From: Asterias rubens
Taxonomy: Eukaryota
Direction: 5' to 3'
Length of the DNA stretch: 64,000 bases
Assembly: GCF_902459465.1 (NCBI RefSeq)
Contig: NC_047083.1
Coordinates: 930,001-994,000 of the forward strand
Below the pieces are notes generated by a model that saw only the letters and a list, made by a program, of their open reading frames with translations, was not told the DNA's origin and did not search any database. The translations under genes and the position numbers were made by a program. Positions 1 to 10,652 of the stretch are shown one piece after another. How positions within the stretch are numbered: the first letter of the stretch is position 1; the number at the start of each line of letters is the position of its first letter.

Positions 1-120
1 GTTGTGTCTGGTAACTAGTACACATGTAGTACTTAAAAAAAAAAAAAAAAAAAATGAATGGTGTTTGAAGCTTTGCATGGTGTGGAGAATAAGAGTAACT
101 ACATGTATTTAAATATGAGT

Positions 121-359
121 AGTAAACTTGCACGTACAACCATGAGTAAAATCTCTTTTGAAGGAGCGGTTTGGTCTTGACGTTTCGAACACGGTACACT
201 CTGCTCGTCTTCAGGAGAAACAAACACAAATGTTTTGTTTGTTCCTCCTGGAAGACAAGCAGAGTATACTGTTCGAAACGTCAAGACCAAACCGGCTCTT
301 TTCAGAGCCACCACACCTTCAAAAGAGATTTTACCCATGGTAGTACCCGCAGGTTTACT
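121..359. mobile_element. Head-to-head inverted pair of Penelope-like/retrozyme termini, each with a hammerhead motif
   Basis: Arms 121-218 and 245-359 are reverse complements (the left arm lacks about 19 nt) around a short spacer. Each arm contains CTG(G)AAGA...GAAACGTC. Confidence 0.65.
174..219 (-). ncRNA. Minimal type I hammerhead ribozyme motif with intact core
   Basis: Minus strand reads tctc CTGAAGA c GAGCA-loop-TGTTC GAAA C GTC aaga. It has the CUGANGA and GAAA boxes, stem II, a palindromic ACGU stem III and a GUC cleavage triplet. The first stem I pair is a mismatch. Confidence 0.6.
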
Positions 360-1549
360 GTTCATATTTATATTTATAGTTACTCTAATAATTTGAATGA
401 AATATTGCTTTACTCACAAGTCTTAGGCCTACTAGTATGACATCTGAAAAAGCAAATGTGGCAGATAATGGTGCGAGGGGGTCAATAGATGTAGAACTGT
501 AACTGAGCTACCACATTTATTGGTTTCATAATTGTGATGAAGTCTGACCCCACTGAATCTATATTTTCTGGGAAACAGCTGACTGAAACTAGGGCGTTTC
601 ACTACTGTGCGATCCATAACCAAACAGGAAGGGATGTTTTATTATTGATTTGTATGCATTCAACTTGAATACTGGATTAAGTATTGGTACACATCTGTTA
701 CATGTAGTCCACGATGTATGATAATGTTTACAAACTTGATGATGTTTACAAACTTTCAACGCTCATGCAATCTGTCATTGTCAATTTTTGTATTCGGTTA
801 AATATTTTTGTTTTTGTGTTTAGGTAGTTACAAGAGAATATTGTTTGATGTTTTTGTTTTTTTATTTAATTTTTACAAACTATTCTTAAGATGACATAAT
901 CTAATCTGAGATTTATAACTCAAGAAAGTACTGAGTATACAGTGCTAAAAGCACACATCGTTGCGTACAATGTAAGTGTGTACAATATAAGTGTGTACAA
1001 TATAAGTATAATACTGTTTAATGTATTGAAATTGTAGGGCCAACATGTACATTGAACAATACAAACAATACGTGTATGTACACAACACACCTAAAATGTA
1101 GGTTGACCGAGCACATTAAAATTTAATTTCCAACAACAAAGAACCTAACCTCAGTGTGTTTTTTCAAACCGACCCCGCCTCAACCATACAGTGGCTCGCA
1201 CACGTACGTCCCTCCCTTTTATTCAATGTTAACCCCTGTGACTACTGCTACTCGTTAAGCAAACACAATGACGCATGCCATCTCTCCTCGATCAATGTCC
1301 ACCAGCGTATACATGCAGTTCATAGATAGCGCAAGGCTGATATATGCAAATGAGGTCACGTTGAAGAGGTCAGTGACTCACCGTTGCAGGTTATTTGAAT
1401 AATTGATCGATTCGGACGGAGAAGATGGGTAGAGAGTTCATAACATTCCGTCAAACACATTCCGTCAACGATGTGTGTAAAAAAATATTCTTATGAAGGA
1501 GTAAGTTATTTTTTAAGTAGGAATTGAATCTTCGCATGGTGAAAATTAA

Positions 1550-1590
1550 GGTCTTTGAGAAAAACTCGGCTAGGGTCGAAACATCGGGCC
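1550..1590 (+). ncRNA. Hammerhead-like motif (U3-A8 core variant), Penelope-like repeat remnant
   Basis: ggtct TTGAGAA a aactc ggcta gggtc GAAA catc gggcc. Homologous to 14246-14285 and 10989-11017. Confidence 0.5.
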
Positions 1591-2315
1591 ATGAACTATT
1601 TTTTGCTTTTGTAAATGTTAACAATGGTACATAAATTACCTCTCATAAAAATTAACAACAAACTGAATTTTCTTCCATGATTGAATTGTTGTCATCAGGA
1701 ATTTAAAACACATCTAAAAATGGATTAGGTCTGTTAAGAGCATGATGCTAACTTTAAATCATTGCCCCACATCTGTGCTATAAATAGCACACTTGGCGAT
1801 TGTGAGCTCAGAATGTAATTATTCCATTATTTTGAAATACACTAATGAAAGTAGTTTGTTTTTTAAATGCGTTAAATTGCACAATCGGAAATGTGTTAGG
1901 GACGGGACAAGTCTTTTTATAGAGCGCTCGAGTTTCACTTCAAAAGGTGTGTCCCTGTAATGCCTGAATACTCGCAATTGCCATAGAAACAACAGGTTGC
2001 CATAGCAGCAGTGACTTGGCATATGAAGTTTGTAATAATATCCTCAGTGCATGTACATTGTATAGTACGCACAATAGAATACATGTCGTCATGCGTCTAC
2101 ATGTTAGGTAGCTCGGCGGGGTGGGGTGCGAGGGCAGAAAAAAAAATAAAAAATTCAAAGTAGATTCTCTTCTGTGAAAACATCTGTTTTTAGGGTTGCG
2201 CTAATATTATTGCCCCAGTCAAAATGGACTAACAAACATTTTCACTGCATTCATGCTTCTAATAATATTTTTAAAATTATGCGTGAGAAACTAAAATAAG
2301 CAATGGGTTGTACTG

Positions 2316-2524
2316 CAGGTCTGATACTTAATGGAGGCAACAAAGGTGATTGCCTCCATGCCCTCTTGTCATTGCCTTGGTCCTAGTGCCCTTGAAATGC
2401 TCCAGTTGAAGTTTACAATCTTCCTCATAGGCTGCCCTTTTACAACTTGGCATCAAGGCATTTTCTCCTTGAGGAGAAAATGCCTTGATGCCCTTTCCCT
2501 TTCAAAAACGAACAAACAGACCTG
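2316..2524 (+). mobile_element. CAGG..CCTG MITE with 6-bp TSD GTACTG
   Basis: GTACTG at 2310-2315 and 2525-2530. Homologous to 23419-23594. Confidence 0.75.
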
Positions 2525-4970
2525 GTACTGATGCATCGTGAAGTTTACTGGTGAAAAACGACCGCTAGTTGCCGCGCCATCTTTAATATCTCTCCTCCCC
2601 CCCCCCCAAACCCAAATAGCAATTTATATTGTGTGACAAGATGAATTATATCTTGAGTGAGAATATGGACGATGCAGCGTGTAACATGATGCAGTTTTGC
2701 AGCGTGATATTAATATGGCCAGGGGTGGGTCAGCTTGCTCTAATGCTGTACAAACACAATGCTTATAAATATATCATCTCGAGCTGTGGTGTTCCACCGA
2801 ATCTGCTGCTGGACATTTATAGGCAGAGCTACTAAGCAGTAACACTTACTTGCTAAGCGTTTTTGATAAGCAGACTTGGTTTTATCGGAGGAAAAATCTT
2901 TAAACTGTACTTTTAATTGTTCTTGCCAGTGAATGATTTCCGTTTTATGGCATAGCAAAATGTACATATTTTGCATAAAAATTGCTGGGTGAAATCATTT
3001 CCTGTGTGAATTTTCGCAATTTTTATTTTTATCTTAAGTCCGAAGAGTCATAACAAAATGTTCATGTGTGCAGAAATTGTTTTACTTGAGAAATTTCACA
3101 ATCTATTTTGGGGTGAACAGAGACAGACATTAGCATACAGGCACTCCATCAACTCTGCTATCTACAATTGACAATCATATATTTTTTTTTTTACAATCAT
3201 ATAAAAGAAAAAAGACTCAGAATCTTTTGTGTGCTTTGTTGAAGATCTATGTTTGTATTTAAAGCGCCTTCAGCCATGTAAAGTCACCTTTGTGACATTT
3301 TGCTCATATTTTGTGCAACAAGAGTTTGAGGTTTCTGGTTTTTGCAGAGTAACTTTCTGAATTTGGCAGAGTGACTTTCTGAATAAATGAATTGACAGTT
3401 TAGGAAACTCTTACCCGGTATTTTATCCATCAACAGTTTTGATTTGTAATTTGATGTAATCATGTTTTAAAGTCTGAAACTTCAAATTCTGTAAAGTGAA
3501 TTCAGACTTGGGTAACATTTGGAATCGGTAAAAAAAAAAATGATTTCAACAAAAATGCAAGCAATCGCTTAATGGTGCTCTGATCAACGACACGCTCGAC
3601 GATATCGTACGACCCTCCTACAATGGCGCCATGAATCTCTCTGATGCTATTTATTCCGACAGTCTGACTCGTTACCCAGCTTGGGAAGCAATTTTACAGC
3701 AACTCTTTAATAATTCAAGCCTTGACGAGCCAGCCGTGCTCAGTAACCCAGTGCCTTTAAATTTAACAGGATGCCTCTTTCATATCATTCACATGAACAA
3801 TACACGGCAATGTATTTAGTTTCTGTAGGTAAAGTGCAGAGACTTTGCAATTAAATTCCGAGGGGCCAGTTCCATCAGGGGGCCAATTATAGTAAGATGC
3901 TTAGCAGAAATTGTTCTCCTGCTTAGCAAGAAGTGTTTGGCAACAGTCACTTGTATCTAGCCCATCTGGTACTTCAGCAGTATTTGCCAAGAAACCAGAA
4001 TCTTCAATCCATAAAAATATCTCTACAGAAATAATTATTGTAACCATTACCTAGCAGGATTAAAAAATAATGAAAGTAAAATTTAAAGAAAATGGCAAAA
4101 TGTTTTATTGATAACTGATCATTTTTAGCAACAAGCCTATTTGGTCTTGTGACTGTGAGTTCCCCCCCCCTTCCCCCAAATTTCGCCCTGTAAAGCCCAG
4201 TTCATACTTCCTGCAAATGCGATGCGAAGTTGGCGTGAATTTGATGTCCGTTTTCACTGCGATATTCGCAAGAGAGTTGAACACAACTCAACTGCTGCGT
4301 ATTATTCGTTGCAAATTTGTGACGTCAACATTCGATTTCGCATTCGCAGGAAGTATAAACAGGGCTTTAATGGTTGCCCAATGCTGCGCCACACACAGAG
4401 AGGCAGAAATCTTTAGTTAATACAGCACTGCATGCTTTGAATAACAAACCCCCTACTTGATCCATGTATTGCTTGAAGCCTGGAAGCAACCCAGGACAAT
4501 ACAACAATCTGTCAACGTTCCAGACCAGATTTCCATCTCTGGAGAGACTCCCGCATTCCCAGCTAAATTCATAACTCAGTGGATGTGCTTGGGTAGTCAG
4601 CTACTCACCATGCTCTGGCAGAAGATGAAATTAAGGCTGGCCCAAAAAAAACATGGGGGGGGGCGGGGAAGTCCAACAAGATGCACAAAGTAGAACCGGA
4701 AAATATCTCTCACGTAATGTGGACTCACAATTTATAAACACTAGGAATATTAAAGGGAATATTTATTTTCTGGTAATTACTCTTCAAGTAAGAACCTTAT
4801 TCCTAAAATTGTTAGATCTGAGGCCGGAAAATAAGACTGCTTTCTAAAATTCCTTAAGAGTTACCTTTTTCCTAGTGCGCTATGATCTTGATTTTAATTG
4901 TCATGTTATGTTATGTTATGAGAAAATCCCACAAGAGGTACCCAGTAGAATTGGAAAATATCTCTCACGT

Positions 4971-5323
4971 AATAATAATAATAATAATACACGGTTTTTA
5001 TATAGCGCTTTTTCACGGGGTGTCTCAAAGCGCTTCCGACATTATTACCCCTGGTCACTGGGCCTTAAATCATTCCTTAAACCATCTCAGCTCCCTGGGG
5101 AGTATACAGCCTGTGCGTCAATTATATGCGCTACATGGCTAAATCAATCACAAGAACCATCTCTGCCCTCACAGGTACCCATTTACCCCTGGGTGGAGAG
5201 AAGCAATTATAGTTAAGTGTCTTGCTCAGGGACACAAGTGTCACGACCGGGATTCGAACCCACACTCTGCTGAACAGAAGCATCAGAGCTTGAGTTCGGT
5301 GCTCTTATCCACTCGGCCACGAG
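4971..5323 (-). mobile_element. tRNA-derived SINE, apparently full length
   Basis: Minus strand: A box TGGCCGAGTGG, B box GGTTCGAATCC, core GTGTCCCTGAGCAAGACACTTAAC, LINE-like tail AAGCGCTATATAAA, then (ATT)6. Confidence 0.85.
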
Positions 5324-8300
5324 TTGTGGATTAACACTAGGAATTTAAAAGGAATATTTTTGGTAGTCACTCTTCAAATAGGCCTAAATGGCAATAACAA
5401 CTTTTGGTAAGAATCATATTCCTTAATAATTTGAATCTGAGATCACCGTGCCTGTTGTTACAAAAAGCTCTAATTTTCTCACGATAAAAATGAATCGTGC
5501 AATTTGATCTACTTCTCAAAAGCTCATTGGAATTTGTACAATCCCATTGGTTATCCATCTTCCTCGTTGAGTTTATCATTAGAAAGATTGTAGACCTACA
5601 TTATAACCATTGCTCTAAGTTTCATCGGAATCCAAGTTTTTTTATCAGGATTGACTTACACCCTTGGTTATTGGAATTCCAGATGAAACTATTTCTCAGG
5701 GAAACATTTACTATAAAGTAATCTTCCAGATTGACAAGTCATTCATCCTTGTTATTCTCAGATCATGAATAGTTGTGTGTTTAAGCCTCTAAAGGCAAAG
5801 TAGACCTTTTGTTTTTTTGAACGTTCTATTGTGTTTATCTTTTACATGATTCTTGTATGACATTGTATAAGTAGCTTGTGAAAATTTTGTTTCAAAAGGT
5901 GGTCGCATTTTTTAGATATTGCCTAAAATCTGGAGCGAATATGCCCATGCAGGAAGAATAATTCCATATAAAAGGAACACACAATCTGAGAAGCTTTACT
6001 GCAGTAATGCTTCTTAGAATCAAATTTAGGGCCATAAAACATGTTATATTTTTATATAACGACATAATTTCGAAGTGGAATGTTTTTCAAAATTGTTATA
6101 CCATCGAAAGCTGTTGTAGGCTTCAAATCAATGGTTTATATTGCCATTAATTTAAAGAGTGAATACCAAATGTATAACGTCTTGTACCAAGACTAACCTT
6201 TGAGAAGAACGATCTCTAAGGATCATGTGACAGAGGAATGTCTTTTGGGGGAATGCATTTCTTCATTAGGGAGATGGTCCCATTAGTCTGAAAAGCAAGC
6301 GCAGCAAATGTTCAGGGCTGTTTTTCTTCTTCCTAGCTTTAAAGAGATAGGTGTGTGTTTTGATTTTGGTTTTTGAAACTGGAGCAAATACTTCACTCTA
6401 TAGAGAAAATTGCCCCATGTCATTGCCATGGTGCCCATTCAAATGTTGTCTACATTGCCCATATTTAGAGATTCTCTTTACTAAGGAAAAATGTCTATTG
6501 CCTTTACAAGAGTTGGGTATCACAACCTGGAAAACTGATGTTTTGTCATAAATAAACCTTTGTTTGATATGTCCTAGAAAAATTGCACTCTGATTTTTTT
6601 TATATTCCAGATTAAAGGGGCAATGTTGTCATAAGCCAAGCAGGTCTGTGGTTGTACGTGAAATTGTAAACTCTCACTCGGTTACTGCTCATGTACGCGC
6701 ATTTGCCATATATTTTATGTGGAGGGAGGGCGCACTTGCAGTAACTGGGTGATAGTTCATAATTCTATGTATAGTCACACGCCTTCTTTGTTCATGATGA
6801 CACTGTCCCTTTAATGGTTTTAGATAAATACAGAACAAACATTTCCTATTGCTACTGTGTTACACCTTGCTCTATTGTTACAAACTAGGAGGATCCAGTG
6901 TACAGAGAGGCAACCAACCATGTGTATTAATTTCTATGTAGGGGGATACTCTGTAATGTAATTTTATTACATTATATGCTGACAACCAGCTATATTTCTC
7001 TCAGAAAAGGGGCCACAAAAAATTGCAGAACTGTTCAGTTTAATCTTGAAAAAGTAAGTTACAGAATTGGAATAATGTTCTTTTCACCCAAAAAGTTGCA
7101 CATTAAAATAAAAAAATTACTATTATATCAAAAAATTTAAAACAAAATTTGTAACAAAACCAATCTGAAGTATGTTGTTTAGCGTTGGTTTTGGTTACAT
7201 TGATTTTAATGTGATAACTTTAAGATGGTAGGGCCTAATCTTGATATTTTTCTGCACAAATCACCTCAATGTATTGAAAAAAATCATGTGTGTCCTGAGG
7301 TTTTGACCCCTTGACCCCAGCAAAGTCTTTCTCGAATCGAAAGGCTAAATGACAACACACAACATACACGTAAATAGGGAATAATATACATGTAGGCAGA
7401 ATGGATAGGCCCAACTTCAAAACTGGTCAAGTGTTTACATGAACTTTATAGGGGGCTAACTTTTGGGCATGTCCCAGTTTGTTCCCACACCCATGAAGTT
7501 TTTGTGAACTGAGTAACTTATGACTAATTCAGCCCAGAACCCCTCTTTTCTCTACACCGGTCTCTCTTGAACAAAAGGAAGTCTGGTAGGTGTAGGGGAG
7601 CTGAAAGGGAGGGTGTATTTTGTGTGTGGAAAGGATTTATTTTCACTGAGTAAAGTTTTCTGGATGGTTCAGTGAACCTGGAGAAAGGTTGACTGCACAA
7701 TACAACTGGAATGTCATTGTGGGAGGGCCATCAAGAACCAAAAACTTGGTATGGGGATTTGGTTTTTAAGCTGTAAACTAAAATGCATTTCCGGGCCTCG
7801 GAAAACTCCATAGCACCCCCATCAATTGCTGTGTGTGGTGCCCTGTGCTTTTGCTGTGGTGCCCTCTGCAAAGTTTCAATACAAAACTTACATGCTCCCC
7901 ATAGAAGTGAAAAATTTGTATGCCCCTTCACGAATAAAGTTCAAGGACGGTTTACTTTTTTTTTTTTACAAAACAAACCAAAGATCATTTTGCTGTATAC
8001 TGTAGCGGAATCACTGTAGCATGGGGGTAGACTGTAGTAGGCCCATTGTGGTGGTTATGTGAAACACCCCCCCCCCCAAAAAAAAAAAAAAATGTCATGT
8101 AGGGTACATTTAGTGGCTTTAAAAGACGAGTAACATAGTTTTATTTGGACAAGGCCATGCTGTTCTGTTACAGCAAGGCCAGTGGGCTTGCTCAGTCACA
8201 TGTGCATGAGTTGTGAGAGTATGGGTGTGGTGTAAACTAAAGAACCAAATTGTATCCAGAAGTGACCAGAAGGAGTTCTCTCACTGTGTTTAATCTGATC

Positions 8301-8825
8301 TGACGAAGTAGCTGTTTGTGATTTTTATACTGTCTTGCCATTGATCCTGTGTGTGTTTCAGTTAAGAGGATTGTTGTGAACTATCTTGCTTTTCTTTTAC
8401 CGTCTTTTTTTTTTTTTAATTGTAAGTATTTTTATTTTGGGGTGAACCATAAATTTTCAGGTAGTCGCCCGATGGGGGTGTCTGTGTTTTTTTTTGTTTT
8501 TTTTACTTCTGTGAGTTTAAAAGGACACCTTGCTTTTGTTTGGTTTTGTCAATTGATGCATGGAGGAATAAATTTATTCCTCCATGATTGATGTAACTTC
8601 TGATTTGTTGGCCTTATTTGGCAGGGTGTTGATTTAAATTTTATGGTAGGGTCATAGACTGTTTTTGTCTGTGTAAATGGTGTAATGCTGTATTGATCTG
8701 AAACACTTTCTGTATCACTGCCACCATTTTTACCAACAGAAAAATTCCCATTCTCATTTGATCAGAAAATTAGATTCTGTTTTATTTCATAAAGAATGAA
8801 AAAGTGGTGGCAGGATACACAAATT

Positions 8826-8957
8826 GGATAACTTTCCGTATGGCGCCACCACTTTTTCACTCATTTTTACAAAAAGGGATATATCAATCAGGTAAATTAG
8901 ATACTATATTATTTTATTTTGAATGAAAAAGTGGTGGCGCCATACGGAAACTTTTCC
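8826..8957. mobile_element. MITE with TIR GGATAACTTTCCGTATGGCGCCACCACTTTTTCA
   Basis: 34-bp TIRs. Other copies at 22338-22483, 41489-41635 (inside another inverted-repeat element, 41425-41729) and 50985-51159. Confidence 0.8.
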
Positions 8958-10132
8958 CACAAATTTTTCCAAAGATACATTAAAGGTTACCTGTGAACGT
9001 TTGAATACATTGCTTACTTATTTAGAAAACAGCAAATAAATGTCAAAGTTTTTTGTCAAGAACGTCAAATCCATCTACTTTTAGCAAGATGACAGCCGAA
9101 TGGCACAGTGATGTCCAGAAACATTTTTTTTGGAAAAATTTCTGTATCACTTTTTCACTCAATGTTACCCATGATGTTACCAAAAGCGGAAAAATATCCG
9201 TATCCTACATTTGTGTACCACCACTTTTTCAATAATTTTTACAAAATGGAATACCTGAATTCAATACTATTTTATTTCGTAACAAAATTATTTTGTATTG
9301 AAGTTTTTTGCTTCATACTCAACAATTCTGAGCAAGTGATTCTTATAACGCAACACGGCCTTGGTGACTATAGAAACTGTAAATTGCCTTTTTGTGATAT
9401 TGAGCATGATGTTTACATGCCCAGCTCTAGGGTCCCTTCCAACATGTTGCCATGGCAAACGCCAATTAAGTCCAAGGGAAAATCAATAAATGGCCTGTTG
9501 GAAATGATGTTTGGTTGTAGCTATGGGATAACATGCTGATATAACACAGATAAACAAGAATATGTGAAGTTTGATCAAAAAAATTAACTTTTAAGGCAAA
9601 ATTAACTTTTCGTGATTGCTCTACGGACTTTATAGACCGAAAAAATTAGTTTGGTAATGAACCATATCACTCCCATTGAAGTGATGTTGGTTTGGAGAAA
9701 GGTATTTTCACCCCCCCCCCCAAAAAAAAAAAATTGAATCATGGAAAAGCTTCAGACATGAACAGCCTTGTTCGAACATCTGAGTGAAAACACACAATTC
9801 TGAGCAACCAGCGTATCACATCCTGGTTGCTCAGAATTGTGTTTTTACTTTCATTATTGTCTTTTCTAATTACAATGTAGTTCTAATTAGCACAAATGTT
9901 TACATGGTGCTATCCTAAACCTCTCCTAATTATACTCCAACCATACAAAGTTTCAAATCCTACTCAATATCTTTGCTGATTATTGTACAAAATGTACACC
10001 AATGCATTCTCGAGAAGATAGTCAGAGCACACTGACAGAAACGTGGAGTAGTGCAAACCAGCCAGCTCTTCTCCGAGCAACCACTGCTCACTAACGAGAT
10101 ATCTTACCGTCACCGCAAACCTTACTTACTTC

Positions 10133-10537
10133 AAGGCCAAATAATAAAAAATACCAGTTGATCGTCCGGATTTTTCCAAAAAGAGGAGGATGAGGGCCTT
10201 TTTATTTATTTATTTTAATTTTATTTTTTCAAGATGGCCGCTTAGTATTTCAAATCAAACAGGCCACCAATTCTTCAGTTTGAACCCACCGCAAACTTAT
10301 TTTATATCGATTTGTTGCATGAGGACCCAGGTTAACAGGGTCGGATTATTACACTAAAAAGATTTGCTGGTAGGCATTCACTAATTTTGTTTTATGAAAC
10401 GGACAGTTACGTCGGTTCGAGAGCACCACGTTAGATTCGGGAAAAGCCCCTAGGCCAGTCAGTCCTTTTGAAAGGATGGATTAAAAAAAGGGATGTGGGC
10501 GGGGACGATCAACTGGTATTTTATTTATTTGGCCTTA
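10133..10537. mobile_element. MITE with about 34-bp TIRs (AAGGCCAAATAA...CCAGTTGATCGTCC), just upstream of tetraspanin-1 coding exon 1
   Basis: Inverted repeats at 10133-10170 and 10502-10536. Confidence 0.7.
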
Positions 10538-10652
10538 CAAGGTACACCAAGCAGTGAATAAAACATCACCTTTTAATCACCCTCTGTTTGTTCTTGTTCT
10601 TGCAGGTTTCTTTATCTTGACGTGTTGGAAAGTTGACTTGCCTTGAGTTAAG

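Noticed and set aside
3544-3819. About 90-codon open frame with coding-like composition
   Set aside because: No recognisable homology and no convincing splice sites. A Kolobok-type end (CCCAGTGCCTTTAA, 3747-3760) suggests it is TE interior.
5240-5323. tRNA gene
   Set aside because: A and B boxes are present but no cloverleaf could be closed, and it continues into a SINE core and tail.
9108-9539. 143-aa ORF
   Set aside because: TTG start, AT-rich repeat-like DNA, no domain.
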